From contig JANQRG010000020.1 of assembly GCA_028284665.1 (NCBI GenBank), positions 46,186 through 110,185 on the forward strand: a DNA stretch of 64,000 bases, written 5' to 3'. The notes below the pieces were generated by a model. It ran no database searches and was not told the origin of the DNA. It saw nothing but the letters and a program-made list of their open reading frames with translations. This document shows, piece by piece, positions 36,263 to 45,875 of the stretch (positions within the stretch are counted from its first letter, which is position 1; each line of letters begins with the position of its first letter). The position numbers were made by a program, and so were the translations under genes. This stretch comes from Croceivirga sp. GTDB lineage: Bacteria; Bacteroidota; Bacteroidia; Flavobacteriales; Flavobacteriaceae.

Positions 36263-36745
36263 CTACTCTTCTAATGCCTTATAAAGCTGTTTTGGGGAGA
36301 GGTATTCAAAATACCGGTTGATGACCTCAAATTTTTCATTGAGAACGACCATAGCCGGCAGGGAAAAAGGATAGTTCTCTCTTGAGGCCAGCAAAAGTGG
36401 GATCTCATGAGTTGGATTGCGTTTCTTTCCTTTTTGCTTGTTAAAAAAAGTTTCCCCGCCAAACCGAATCGTGTCCGTAGTTTCCGCATTCATCTTCACT
36501 GCATAGTACTCGCTGTTTAATCTGGAAATCACTTTTGAATCCTTGAACGCCGCCTTATCCATTTTTTTACAGTAGGCGCACCAGTCTGCATAAAAGTCGA
36601 CAAAAACTTTCTTAGGTTTTAGGGAAAGGGAGTCTTCCAACTGTTCAAAACTAAGCCAACGAATATTGTTTTCTTGAGCTTTACCCCTATAAAAGGAAAA
36701 TAGGGTTACGAAACAAAGCAAAACAACGGCGCTTTTGGAGTTCAT
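36263..36745 (-). CDS. Thioredoxin-fold protein (exported)
   Basis: It has a signal peptide and VFVDFYADWCAYCKKM, which contains a CxxC motif. It lies 45 nt downstream of the TonB-dependent receptor on the same strand. Confidence 0.75.
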   Translation of the reverse strand: MNSKSAVVLLCFVTLFSFYRGKAQENNIRWLSFEQLEDSLSLKPKKVFVDFYADWCAYCKKMDKAAFKDSKVISRLNSEYYAVKMNAETTDTIRFGGETFFNKQKGKKRNPTHEIPLLLASRENYPFSLPAMVVLNEKFEVINRYFEYLSPKQLYKALEE

Positions 36746-36790
36746 TTCTTTTAAAAGCAATGCCGGGTGCTTTTCATCCGGCTAATCCAA

Positions 36791-39151
36791 CTAATGCAAT
36801 TTACCAAACTTTAATCCAAAAAAGAAGGCTCTTGGCGCATCCGGGCCATAGATGTAGTCGGAATCCCTTGTGGGACCCACTTCAAAATCGTTCTGGAAAC
36901 TATTAAAGAGATTGGTCACTCCTCCGAAAACCGTAACCATAAAGGAGTCACTAAAGTCGAAATGTGTTTCTAACTTAATGTTGAGGTCAAAAAAGGGGTC
37001 TACTTCATTCAATTCTAGAAAGCCCGTATCACTTATCACTCTTGGTACGGTCATGCTTCCCGTGTATGTACCCGTTATGTCTACATTAAAGGTGTCACTT
37101 GGGATCCAGGTGGTGTTCAAATACCCGTAGAAATTAGGAACACGCACAAATTCATCGATCACAATATCACTTTCCCCGGGTGTCCCATCGCTTTCAAAAA
37201 GAAGTTGTGGTTCATCCCATTCAGTGCGTTGCAGGGTTCCACCTAATTGAAAACGCCATTCTGGATTTGGGGAAACCCCAAACTCAAAATTGGAGCCAAA
37301 CACCCGCGCACCTACCCCGTTTCGTACCTCTTCCAGGATGGAGCCGTTTTCCAAAACAGCGCCTGTACTTACCAGTGTAAAAGGATCTTCCAAAGTGGTG
37401 TAGAAGCCTTCTAACAGAAAATCCATCTGTATAAGATCTACCGTTTTGGAATAGTTTAAAGAAGCTGTGAAGGCGTTTGAGAATTCCGTATCCAGATCAT
37501 CGGACAGGATAACAAACTGGGGTTCACCTCCCACGCTTGAAATGTGGAGGTCTTCATTAAAGGTCTGCGGTGCCCGAAATCCACGGGCATAGCCTCCCCT
37601 TAAACGGAGTTCTTCAGATATTTGATAGGACAAAGTGACTCGTGGGGAAAGCGCCGTTTGGCTCAGATCCAATTCCCTGGCAATACCGCCAATGGTATAC
37701 TCTCCATCTACGTTAACATTATCCAATCGTGTTCCGAGCAATGCGGTAAATCTATCCGAAGGCTTCCATTCATACTGGGCATAGCCCCCTAAGGTAGTAA
37801 TGCTTTGGTCTACAAGTCGGTTATAGCCCGGAATCTGATCTTCTGTGGTGCTAAAGTTGTATTCGGCACCTGCTGTTAACACATCCTTGTTTTTGAATAC
37901 TTTGGTGAACTGTATACCATTAACCCAGGCTAAGTCCTCAGTGGTTCCAAAGGCATTATTGGCCAATAGGCTGTCCTGCCGGGTACGTGCCCCCCCCAGG
38001 CCACCGTAGTAACTATCTCTATTGGTATAGGAAGCGGAAGTGTATACTTGAAGTTTTTGGGAGTTGTCTTTGCTGTCCAGTTCATAATCCGCTCCGCCAA
38101 TAAAAGTATCGTGGTCCAACTCCTCGGTAATATCGGTAAACTGGGGCGCCAGATCGAGGCGGTCGCCCCCACGGCGGTATTCACGGATAGCATTCAGATT
38201 AACGGAAACCCGACTCCTTTCGGTGGGCCTAACAAAGGCTTTTGCCCCAACAGTGGTGTTCCGCAGTTCCACCAATTCCGTAAAGCCATCATCATTAGCA
38301 TCATAGGCTTCCCGGTTACGATACGTACCAAAAAGTGTAACCCCACTTTTAAGGTCATCCGCTACAATCGAACTGTTGAAATTAACAATGCGGTCCAAAG
38401 CGTCTCCATCTATCACAGCCAGGTTACTTCCAATTTCCCAGGTGTTCAACACGGGGTCTTTGGTGATAATGTTGACGGTGCCGGCAATAGCATTGGAGCC
38501 ATAAAGTGCTGATCCCCCGCTGCGCACCACCTCCACGCGCTCAATAATGTTGGTTGGGATCTGTTCCAATCCATACACCCCCAGCAGGGAAGTAAATATG
38601 GGACGACTATTAAGGAGTATTTGGGTATACGCCCCATCGAGGCCATTTAACCTAACCTGGGTAAACCCACAGTTCTGGCAGTTGGTTTCTACGCGTACCC
38701 CAGGTGCAAAGTTCAGCCCTTCCGCTACCGTAATGGATTGTGTGGCTGTTAATAATCTGGGCTTTAGCGAAGATACCACTACTGGAGCGCTCCTTCGTTC
38801 TACCCGGTTTCGGGTAGCACTAACCACCACTTCTTCCAGGCCTAATATATCTTCAACAAGAGAAAAATCGATGTTTTGTCTCGTGTTATTGGTAACAATG
38901 AGTTCTTTAGTTTGGGTACGGTAGCCCTGCGCCTGCGCAACTAAGATAATGGTGCCTGTTGGTATTTCCAGTTGATAGTTTCCATTACTGTCGGTATTGG
39001 TGCCCACAGATCCACCTTGGATATACACACTGGCAAAAGGTACCGGGTTTTCGTTGCTGGTAATAGTACCCGAAATAGAAACTGTTTGTGAAAAAAGGAA
39101 ATGGCTAAAACCTACAGAGAGGAAAAAAAGGAGGGAAATTATATTTCTCAT
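36791..39151 (-). CDS. TonB-dependent receptor with N-terminal CarboxypepD_reg domain
   Basis: The signal peptide starts at ATG 39151. The sequence runs from VSISGTI....PVPFASVYI (the CarboxypepD_reg domain) through the plug (VVVSATR, ERVEVVRSGGSALYGSNAIAGTVNIIT) to the barrel, and ends ...FGLKFGKLH. Confidence 0.9.
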   Translation of the reverse strand: MRNIISLLFFLSVGFSHFLFSQTVSISGTITSNENPVPFASVYIQGGSVGTNTDSNGNYQLEIPTGTIILVAQAQGYRTQTKELIVTNNTRQNIDFSLVEDILGLEEVVVSATRNRVERRSAPVVVSSLKPRLLTATQSITVAEGLNFAPGVRVETNCQNCGFTQVRLNGLDGAYTQILLNSRPIFTSLLGVYGLEQIPTNIIERVEVVRSGGSALYGSNAIAGTVNIITKDPVLNTWEIGSNLAVIDGDALDRIVNFNSSIVADDLKSGVTLFGTYRNREAYDANDDGFTELVELRNTTVGAKAFVRPTERSRVSVNLNAIREYRRGGDRLDLAPQFTDITEELDHDTFIGGADYELDSKDNSQKLQVYTSASYTNRDSYYGGLGGARTRQDSLLANNAFGTTEDLAWVNGIQFTKVFKNKDVLTAGAEYNFSTTEDQIPGYNRLVDQSITTLGGYAQYEWKPSDRFTALLGTRLDNVNVDGEYTIGGIARELDLSQTALSPRVTLSYQISEELRLRGGYARGFRAPQTFNEDLHISSVGGEPQFVILSDDLDTEFSNAFTASLNYSKTVDLIQMDFLLEGFYTTLEDPFTLVSTGAVLENGSILEEVRNGVGARVFGSNFEFGVSPNPEWRFQLGGTLQRTEWDEPQLLFESDGTPGESDIVIDEFVRVPNFYGYLNTTWIPSDTFNVDITGTYTGSMTVPRVISDTGFLELNEVDPFFDLNIKLETHFDFSDSFMVTVFGGVTNLFNSFQNDFEVGPTRDSDYIYGPDAPRAFFFGLKFGKLH

Positions 39152-39158
39152 CGAATAC

Positions 39159-39175
39159 TTTAGATTAAGTCTAAA
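39159..39175. promoter_or_regulatory. Palindrome TTTAGA-N5-TCTAAA between the -7 box and ATG of the TonB-dependent receptor (candidate DtxR/MntR operator)
   Basis: TTTAGAttaagTCTAAA has perfect 6-bp arms. It lies immediately downstream, in the minus sense, of a TAATTTTG -7 box at 39176-39183, and 8 nt upstream of ATG 39151. Confidence 0.5.
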
Positions 39176-39183
39176 CAAAATTA
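39176..39183 (-). promoter_or_regulatory. Bacteroidota-type -7 box (TAATTTTG) for the TonB-dependent receptor
   Basis: It matches TAnnTTTG on the minus strand, 24 nt upstream of ATG 39151. Confidence 0.45.
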
Positions 39184-39240
39184 AGGCGAATAAACAGAAA
39201 CAGTACTATGAATTCAAATTTTGTTGAATAAAATTTATAA

Positions 39241-39256
39241 TTTAGACAAATCTAAA
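39241..39256. promoter_or_regulatory. Second copy of the palindrome, TTTAGA-N4-TCTAAA, upstream of the DtxR/MntR-ZIP operon
   Basis: TTTAGAcaaaTCTAAA has perfect 6-bp arms. It lies 24 nt upstream of a TATTTTTG -7 box at 39280-39287. Confidence 0.5.
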
Positions 39257-39279
39257 AATACTTTTTGGTAAATAAAATG

Positions 39280-39287
39280 TATTTTTG
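39280..39287 (+). promoter_or_regulatory. Bacteroidota-type -7 box (TATTTTTG) for the DtxR/MntR-ZIP operon
   Basis: It matches TAnnTTTG, 17 nt upstream of the TTG start at 39305. Confidence 0.45.
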
Positions 39288-39304
39288 AAAAAAAATGAAT
39301 TCTT

Positions 39305-39958
39305 TTGACGCGGGCTGAAGAAAACTATATCAAGACGATTTTTCATCTAGGGGGTGCATCTTCCCAGCTCATCTCTACGAATGCCATTGCTGAAGAAATG
39401 GAGACCAAACCTTCTTCTGTGACCGATATGGCCAAAAAATTAGCGGGTAAGGAATTGGTAATCTATGTGAAGTACCAGGGGGTTTCCCTGACGGAAAAGG
39501 GGGTTAAAACGGCACTTACGATCATTCGTAAACATCGACTGTGGGAGGTGTTTTTGGTAAAAAAACTAGATTTTACCTGGGATGAGGTACATGAGGTAGC
39601 CGAACAACTGGAGCATATTAAAAGTGAAAAGCTCATTGACCAGTTGGACGCTTTATTAGAATATCCCAAATATGATCCTCACGGGGATCCTATTCCGTCT
39701 AAGACCGGGGAGTTCAAAGAACGAGACAAGCAGTTATTAAGCGAATTGCCCATACATGCCAAAGGGGTATGTGTTGGGGTAAAGGATACCTCTTCTGCCT
39801 TTTTACGATTTTTAGATAAAAATAGGATTGCCTTAGGGCATACCATCACCATATTGGACAAAGAAGATTTTGATGATTCGCTTCGTATTCAAATCGACGG
39901 TCGCGAATTGCAGATTTCCAACCAGATTGCTACCAACCTTTACGTAAAAAAAGAATAG
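39305..39958 (+). CDS. DtxR/MntR family metal-dependent transcriptional regulator
   Basis: The sequence EENYIKTIFHL...IAEEM..KPSSVTDM.KKL, RKHRLWE.FL and HE.AEQLEH matches the DtxR HTH, dimerisation domain and metal ligands. A FeoA/SH3-like tail follows. TTG is the only in-frame start. Confidence 0.85.
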   Translation: MTRAEENYIKTIFHLGGASSQLISTNAIAEEMETKPSSVTDMAKKLAGKELVIYVKYQGVSLTEKGVKTALTIIRKHRLWEVFLVKKLDFTWDEVHEVAEQLEHIKSEKLIDQLDALLEYPKYDPHGDPIPSKTGEFKERDKQLLSELPIHAKGVCVGVKDTSSAFLRFLDKNRIALGHTITILDKEDFDDSLRIQIDGRELQISNQIATNLYVKKE

Positions 39959-39961
39959 ACC

Positions 39962-40783
39962 ATGCAACAGGTTATTGATTACTTCGAAAGTATCGATCCC
40001 ATTTTAGCAGCTTTGTACGCCACCTTATTTACCTGGGGACTTACCGCTGCGGGTGCAGGCTTGGTTTTTTTATTTAAAAACCCTAAACGCTCTTTAATGG
40101 ACGGTATGCTGGGATTTACCGGGGGAGTGATGGTCGCTGCCAGTTTTTGGAGCTTATTGGCACCTGGCATTGCGATGAGCGAGGGGGAAGGCTTTGTTAA
40201 AGTAATTCCTGCGGCGGTCGGCTTTTTGCTTGGGGCCTTATTTATTTACGGCCTGGATAAGGTGTTACCCCATGTACATATCAATTTTAAAACCAGTGAA
40301 GCAGAAGGCGTAAAGACGCCATGGCACCGTACCACCTTACTGGTGTTGGCCATTACCTTACACAACATTCCGGAAGGCTTGGCGGTAGGGGTGCTTTTTG
40401 GAGGCGTTGCTTCCGGATTCGATGGGGCCACTATTGGCGGTGCTGTTGCGCTGGCTCTGGGGATTGGCTTACAAAACTTCCCGGAAGGATTTGCTGTCGC
40501 CGTCCCGATGCGAAGACAGGGGCTAAGCCGGCGAAAAAGCTGGATGTATGGGCAGGCTTCTGCCATTGTGGAACCTATTGCCGGAGTTCTGGGCGCCTGG
40601 GCGGTATTGACCTTTGAACCTATCTTGCCCTATGCGCTGGCATTTGCCGCTGGCGCCATGATCTTTGTGGTAGTAGAGGAAGTGATCCCCGAGACCCAAC
40701 GTGATAAATACACCGATATCGCTACCATGGGCTTTATCGGAGGGTTTATTATCATGATGACGCTGGATGTGGGGTTGGGGTAA
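39962..40783 (+). CDS. ZIP family divalent-metal transporter (ZupT-like)
   Basis: The 273-aa polytopic protein has the motifs HNIPEGLAVG and LQNFPEGFAV. It lies 3 nt downstream of the regulator gene. Confidence 0.9.
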   Translation: MQQVIDYFESIDPILAALYATLFTWGLTAAGAGLVFLFKNPKRSLMDGMLGFTGGVMVAASFWSLLAPGIAMSEGEGFVKVIPAAVGFLLGALFIYGLDKVLPHVHINFKTSEAEGVKTPWHRTTLLVLAITLHNIPEGLAVGVLFGGVASGFDGATIGGAVALALGIGLQNFPEGFAVAVPMRRQGLSRRKSWMYGQASAIVEPIAGVLGAWAVLTFEPILPYALAFAAGAMIFVVVEEVIPETQRDKYTDIATMGFIGGFIIMMTLDVGLG

Positions 40784-40831
40784 GGAATAAACAATTGGAT
40801 GGAAAATCCGTTTCCTGGTTAGCAGGAATTA

Positions 40832-41917
40832 TTATTTCACCAGGTTGCTACTCAAAACGATGTCTCGGATCTTTGTTTCAAAATAGTAGACCACCTCAGG
40901 GTCTTCATGGTCGTGATACACATTTTCCAGTATAATGACATCTACTTTTTTATCGGGAACATAGAATTTAAAGTTTACAAACCCCATTCCTCTTCCGCGG
41001 TGCCCTATGTATGTAATGGGTTCGTTTTCATTGATATTCACACCGTAACCGTACTTTAAATTTTTGTCGATCTCGGTAGTATCTACGACATCAGAAGTAA
41101 TCATTAGCGAATAGGTTGCTGCCTTCAGAATACCTCCATTATGCAATTTCTGGTCCCAAAGATTCAAATCATAGGCATTTGAGATTATTCCGCCTCCCGG
41201 AAGGAATTCTGCCCAGGATGTTTTGGTGAAGTTGTATTCCTCAAAAGTTGCTACTCTAAATTCATCATCCAAAATCCAATGGCCCGGTATCAAACCAGCA
41301 TCAGGCATGCCAAATTCATAGGCATAGGTGTTTTTCATTCCCAATTCAACAAAGAGTGCATTGGCAACGTCTGCGTATGTTGCGCCGCTTACTTTTTCTA
41401 GGATCTTTCCCAACAGACCGTAAGCGGGGTTACTGTAAAGAAAACCTGTTCCGGGATCAAAAGCCAAAGGTTCCTCAATAGTTGTAACTCCGGATGACAT
41501 GTTCAGTAGCTGATGGACGGTCACTGAGTCCTTCCACGTTGATTTGAAATCTGACAGATACTCCCTAATAGGTTGTTGTAAAGCAATAGTGCCATTTTCA
41601 ACCTCCTTTAGAATTAGCACAGCAGTAATTTGCTTACTGTTCGAGAATATCCTGAATTTATCCTCCAAACTAATGGACTTTTTAGTATCAAAATCGGAGT
41701 ACCCGTATTCTTGCTTATATACTACGTCATGATCTTTGGTAATCAGGATAACACCATTAAAAGAGTGTGGGTGTGTAGTTCGAATTAAGCTGTCAATGCT
41801 TTCCGAAAAGTCATCAACTAACACTTTTTCTTTACTGCTTTTATTGGTGGTAGTAAGGTTACAGCTGATCGTAGCGATAGCAACTAATACTACGTAAGTT
41901 TTAAAAAAATACTTCAT
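40832..41917 (-). CDS. Serine hydrolase (beta-lactamase/transpeptidase-like) lipoprotein
   Basis: ATG 41917 gives MKYFFKTYVVLVAIATISC. It has the SxxK motif FSNSKQ and a class C / DD-peptidase-like length. The ORF-track start at 42031 would overlap the upstream gene. Confidence 0.8.
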   Translation of the reverse strand: MKYFFKTYVVLVAIATISCNLTTTNKSSKEKVLVDDFSESIDSLIRTTHPHSFNGVILITKDHDVVYKQEYGYSDFDTKKSISLEDKFRIFSNSKQITAVLILKEVENGTIALQQPIREYLSDFKSTWKDSVTVHQLLNMSSGVTTIEEPLAFDPGTGFLYSNPAYGLLGKILEKVSGATYADVANALFVELGMKNTYAYEFGMPDAGLIPGHWILDDEFRVATFEEYNFTKTSWAEFLPGGGIISNAYDLNLWDQKLHNGGILKAATYSLMITSDVVDTTEIDKNLKYGYGVNINENEPITYIGHRGRGMGFVNFKFYVPDKKVDVIILENVYHDHEDPEVVYYFETKIRDIVLSSNLVK

Positions 41918-41978
41918 TAGGAAATACGAATCGTTTAAATGAGCAACATCTTTTTGGAGCGTATAGCTGCTGGCAGAT

Positions 41979-42407
41979 TCATTGTACTCGTTTCGTAAAC
42001 ATTTTGTGAATGATGGTCCAGCGACCCTCAATCTTCATCAACATAAAATAATCCACATAGGAAGTTTCTGAATTGGGGTTTGCGATTTGAACTTTAGCAA
42101 CTCCTATAGTGTTCTCAAAATCAATTGCGATAATCTTTCCCAGCTCTCCAGTGGGTTGCCCTTCTTTGGTATCCTTAATATAATCCTCACCGCTCCATAC
42201 TTGTAAGGTTTCGTCTTTTACGTAATACAGGTTGAGGTTAGGATGAAAGGCTGTTTTGAGTCGTTCCGGTTGTCCGTTCGTTGAACCTTCAATATAGTCC
42301 GTAAGGGTTTCCGAAATTTCGGTGATTTCGGTAGCATCCGTCCTGGATTGGGCGAGCAGGCAATTCGCAAAACAGCATAGCATTGCCGCAAAAAGGTATG
42401 TTTTCAT
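41979..42407 (-). CDS. NTF2-like (SnoaL/lumazine-binding type) exported protein
   Basis: The 142-aa protein has a signal peptide. The blocks YIEGS.NG....L...FHP and DYF.LMK.EG.W.I fit the NTF2-like fold family. Confidence 0.6.
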   Translation of the reverse strand: MKTYLFAAMLCCFANCLLAQSRTDATEITEISETLTDYIEGSTNGQPERLKTAFHPNLNLYYVKDETLQVWSGEDYIKDTKEGQPTGELGKIIAIDFENTIGVAKVQIANPNSETSYVDYFMLMKIEGRWTIIHKMFTKRVQ

Positions 42408-42512
42408 TGCTTCTTTTTAGGATTTCCCATAAAGCTCTTAAAAACGATTATCAAACAGGATGCAGCTGGCTTGTAGAATTGTACAGAATTATAATATCGG
42501 ATAAGAATCTAC

Positions 42513-43568
42513 TTAGGAAGATGATCTTTTAAACTGCGCAGGCGTCTTACCCGTTATTTTTCTGAAAGCTGCATAAAATGTCGATCTTGAACTGAACCCG
42601 GCTTCCTGGCCTATGGCCTCAAGGGTGAATTGAGTATTTCGTCGAATAAGCTTTTTTGCTTCTTCGGTTCGCAATCCATTTATGTATGCGGTAAATGATT
42701 TGCCAAGATTATCATTGAGCAGCTGTGACAGGCGATGTGCGGAAATGTCCAATTCAGCAGCCAGATCTTTGAGCTTTATATTGGGGTCTTTGAACGGTGC
42801 TTTAGTTATCATGATTTCATTCAAACGATACAATAGCGTTTCAGCTTCCTCATTATCTATTGTTTTGTTACTATATTTTTGAGGAGGTTCAAAGAAGAGA
42901 TGTGCTTTTCTTCGCCGCAATACCCATAGGAATAGCGATACATAGAGTACAAAGGAGAAGGAGAGTGCCCCAACGATATAGGAGGTATAGGTAGCAGTAA
43001 AATAAGCCAGCCAAATCAGAAAAATTCCGCTAACTATGGTGATAAGCCAGATTTCTTTATCACTCAAGGTTACTCTTTTGGAAAACAATTTGCCAATCGG
43101 TTTTTTTAGCAGTAGTAAGGATAGCAGGATATATAGTAACCATTGCCCAAACAATACCCAACACAAATACCCATTACTCGAACGTTGCCATAAATAGCGG
43201 TGTTCTTTATAGGGGAAATAATAACCTATGACAGTCATCCCTAAAATAACCGGAAGGATATGGACTAACCATGTCCAACGGCGCTGCTTTTTTTTCCCTG
43301 TGGTTTCAGCAATATAGAGGTATAGAAAAGGACCGATAAGGAGGCAGGCAGACAGTCCTATCTGTATGAAGGTATTGGAAATATCTTCGTAAAAGGTTAA
43401 AAAAACAGATTTGGTCACTCTGACGCTTACCATCAGTAATAACGCCGATAAGAAATAGGTAGCCCTGTTTTTTGTTTTAATAAAAAACGCAAAATAGGCG
43501 CTTAAAAAAAGTCCGTTGAATGCCCCAAGAGCACTAAAAAAGAATAAAACCTGCGTTTCAAAACTCAT
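42513..43568 (-). CDS. AraC family transcriptional regulator with N-terminal multi-TM domain
   Basis: Roughly 220 aa of TM helices are followed by an AraC HTH pair (LKDLAAELDISAHRLSQLLN ... IGQEAGFSSRSTFYAAFRK). Confidence 0.8.
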   Translation of the reverse strand: MSFETQVLFFFSALGAFNGLFLSAYFAFFIKTKNRATYFLSALLLMVSVRVTKSVFLTFYEDISNTFIQIGLSACLLIGPFLYLYIAETTGKKKQRRWTWLVHILPVILGMTVIGYYFPYKEHRYLWQRSSNGYLCWVLFGQWLLYILLSLLLLKKPIGKLFSKRVTLSDKEIWLITIVSGIFLIWLAYFTATYTSYIVGALSFSFVLYVSLFLWVLRRRKAHLFFEPPQKYSNKTIDNEEAETLLYRLNEIMITKAPFKDPNIKLKDLAAELDISAHRLSQLLNDNLGKSFTAYINGLRTEEAKKLIRRNTQFTLEAIGQEAGFSSRSTFYAAFRKITGKTPAQFKRSSS

Positions 43569-43696
43569 AGGCTGCCTGAGGTTAAAAACATAAATACCTT
43601 CAGCCTACAAGAAACAAAAAATTAAAAGATAGCTGTGGTTTTACTTTGAACATGATGCAGCCCTGAGGCTTTTTTAGTACTCAAAAATTTAGACTG

Positions 43697-44701
43697 TCAA
43701 TGTTCTAATTCTTCAATGAGTTTTAGGATCTCACTACAGATTATATCCGCATTTTCCTTTAGGGAGAAAATAGTGACATGACCTCCATCGAGGAAAAACA
43801 CTTTTCCATTGGTTGAAAGGCTAGCCATTTCGCGTTGCATTTTTTCCCTTTCGGTTTTTATCTTGTTTGGATCCAGGCCCATTTTTCGCAGGGCTGGTTT
43901 ATTTAGATGGGTTCCTGAGAACACCCTGACGGGTAAGGAATCAAGTTTGCTCTCCTTTCTGGACAGCGCCACCAGATCAGCATATCCTTTTTCTTCCTTC
44001 AAATACCCCCAAATATACTTTCCGCTTAAGGTGTAATCCTGATTGCGATCGATAACCTTTTCCGGTAAACCTGGAGCCCAAAGTATGTGACGTTTGGCCA
44101 TTCGGAAATATAAATCCAGGACACCCAAATCCCCTAAAACGCCCAGCGCTTTGTACATGGCGTTCATGTAGCTTGGGGGCTTCGGCATGTTAAGCCTTTC
44201 ATCTATATCCGGATGGGGGGCATCCAAAAACACCAAACCAGCTACCTCATCCGGATAGCGTTGTTTAAATACGCGTATGTAATGTCCCCCGTAAGAATGG
44301 CCGGCTAAAATATAAGGGGGTGATTCCCCAACTCTTTCCAATACTGTGTGCAGTTCATCTGCTACGGTTTCTGGATCTCTAGGATTATTGCTAAACTCAC
44401 TGTAGCCTATCCCGGCACGATCGTAGCGGACGACCCGTATGCTGTCTTTTAGTAGTTCTCCCAGCCAATAATAATATTCGCTGGGTGCTCCTGCCCCGGA
44501 TTCGATGACCAAAGTGGGTTTGTGGTTTCTTTCGCCCACGGCATTAATATGAAGTTTAAAACCCCCAACATCCACAAGCTTCCCAGGAGGTTGAGGTTTG
44601 GAGGCAAACAGTCGCAGGCATAGGCCGGCAAGAATAATGAGCAACAATAGGCCACCGATGGATAGGCCAATCCATTTTAATACTTTCTTTAAACGTTTCA
44701 T
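43697..44701 (-). CDS. Alpha/beta hydrolase (membrane-anchored)
   Basis: It has an N-terminal TM anchor, the nucleophile elbow LAGHSYGG, and a late GGH motif. The protein is 334 aa. Confidence 0.8.
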   Translation of the reverse strand: MKRLKKVLKWIGLSIGGLLLLIILAGLCLRLFASKPQPPGKLVDVGGFKLHINAVGERNHKPTLVIESGAGAPSEYYYWLGELLKDSIRVVRYDRAGIGYSEFSNNPRDPETVADELHTVLERVGESPPYILAGHSYGGHYIRVFKQRYPDEVAGLVFLDAPHPDIDERLNMPKPPSYMNAMYKALGVLGDLGVLDLYFRMAKRHILWAPGLPEKVIDRNQDYTLSGKYIWGYLKEEKGYADLVALSRKESKLDSLPVRVFSGTHLNKPALRKMGLDPNKIKTEREKMQREMASLSTNGKVFFLDGGHVTIFSLKENADIICSEILKLIEELEH

Positions 44702-44912
44702 GTTTTTGATTTTTTGAAGAAATTGGATTCAAACATAGTTTTCGTTACTAGACCCGGCTATTAATTTTGATGAACCCAAGGAAAAACAAAACATAGCGAT
44801 GCGTGAAATAAACCAATGACATTCAACACAAAAATTGTAGGGTTTGACGCCAAAACCCTGGGGTTGATCAAAAAAGATGGTGCATGGCTATGGGGATTCC
44901 TATTTTTGAATC

Positions 44913-45875
44913 ATGAATAGTCTTTTTCAAAAAAATCAAACGACTTTAATAAAAGGGGGGATTATTGCCATTTTTCTGCTTGTAATGCTGGTTATTCCAC
45001 ATTATACCGGTATTTGGGATAGTCCTATTACTATTCCACTTTTGATTCTGTTCTGGTTGGGAGTGGGGTATCTGGTTTTACCAGAATTTTTCAAAAAGTA
45101 TAGGGTAGCCATTTTTTCTGTGTACGGATTCGTTATAGCCTATAATTTTTTCCTTTTTAATATAGCATCTAATCCCGGAGAAAATCATCGTCTGTATCTG
45201 GCAAATTTCATGTTTATTCCTATTCCGGTTTTTGCTGCTTTGTGGGTTTACGAACAATGGCGTTGGTTAAGGACATTGCAGGCAGATAAAGGAAAAGCGG
45301 AATTAGCATTACTAAAGAGTCAGATTAATCCGCATTTTTTCTTTAATACCTTGAACAATCTATATGGTCTGGTGGTGGAAAAATCAGAGAAAGCTCCTGA
45401 AGTAGTGCTAAAATTGTCGGATATGATGCGATATACCATCTACGAGGGTAAAGAAGATGTAGTGACTGTAAAGGATGAAATCAACTATCTCGAAAACTAC
45501 ATCGAACTGCATAAAATCCGCTATCAGAAAAAAGTGGATATCCAATTTAAGCATGAAGTAGATAAAGCGGTTCAGGTAGCCCCTCTACTTTTTATTATTT
45601 TATTGGAAAATGCTTTTAAACATGGTGTTGAGCCATTAACAGAAAACGCTTATATCCATTTGGATTTAAAAACGGAAGGAAACCAGGTTTTTTTTACTAT
45701 CGAGAATAATCATAATTCCAAAATTCTACGTCAAGATAAAGGCATAGGACTGGATAATTTGAAGAAACGCTTAGCGCATAGCTATCCCGACCGACATCAA
45801 CTCAAGATTGAAAAAACGGATATGATATATAAAGTACATTTAAACCTATTGTTGAATTCATCTACCCATAAATGA
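44913..45875 (+). CDS. Sensor histidine kinase (LytS/YehU-type, His_kinase domain)
   Basis: A membrane N-terminus is followed by the QINPHFFFNTLNNLYGL H-box and the LLENAFKHG N-box. Confidence 0.85.
   Translation: MNSLFQKNQTTLIKGGIIAIFLLVMLVIPHYTGIWDSPITIPLLILFWLGVGYLVLPEFFKKYRVAIFSVYGFVIAYNFFLFNIASNPGENHRLYLANFMFIPIPVFAALWVYEQWRWLRTLQADKGKAELALLKSQINPHFFFNTLNNLYGLVVEKSEKAPEVVLKLSDMMRYTIYEGKEDVVTVKDEINYLENYIELHKIRYQKKVDIQFKHEVDKAVQVAPLLFIILLENAFKHGVEPLTENAYIHLDLKTEGNQVFFTIENNHNSKILRQDKGIGLDNLKKRLAHSYPDRHQLKIEKTDMIYKVHLNLLLNSSTHK

Noticed and set aside
36762-36782. The small hairpin GCCGG-N11-CCGGC between the TonB receptor and the thioredoxin-like gene, considered as a terminator.
   Set aside because: The stem is 5 bp with an 11-nt loop and a poor T-tract. 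The two genes are more likely co-transcribed.
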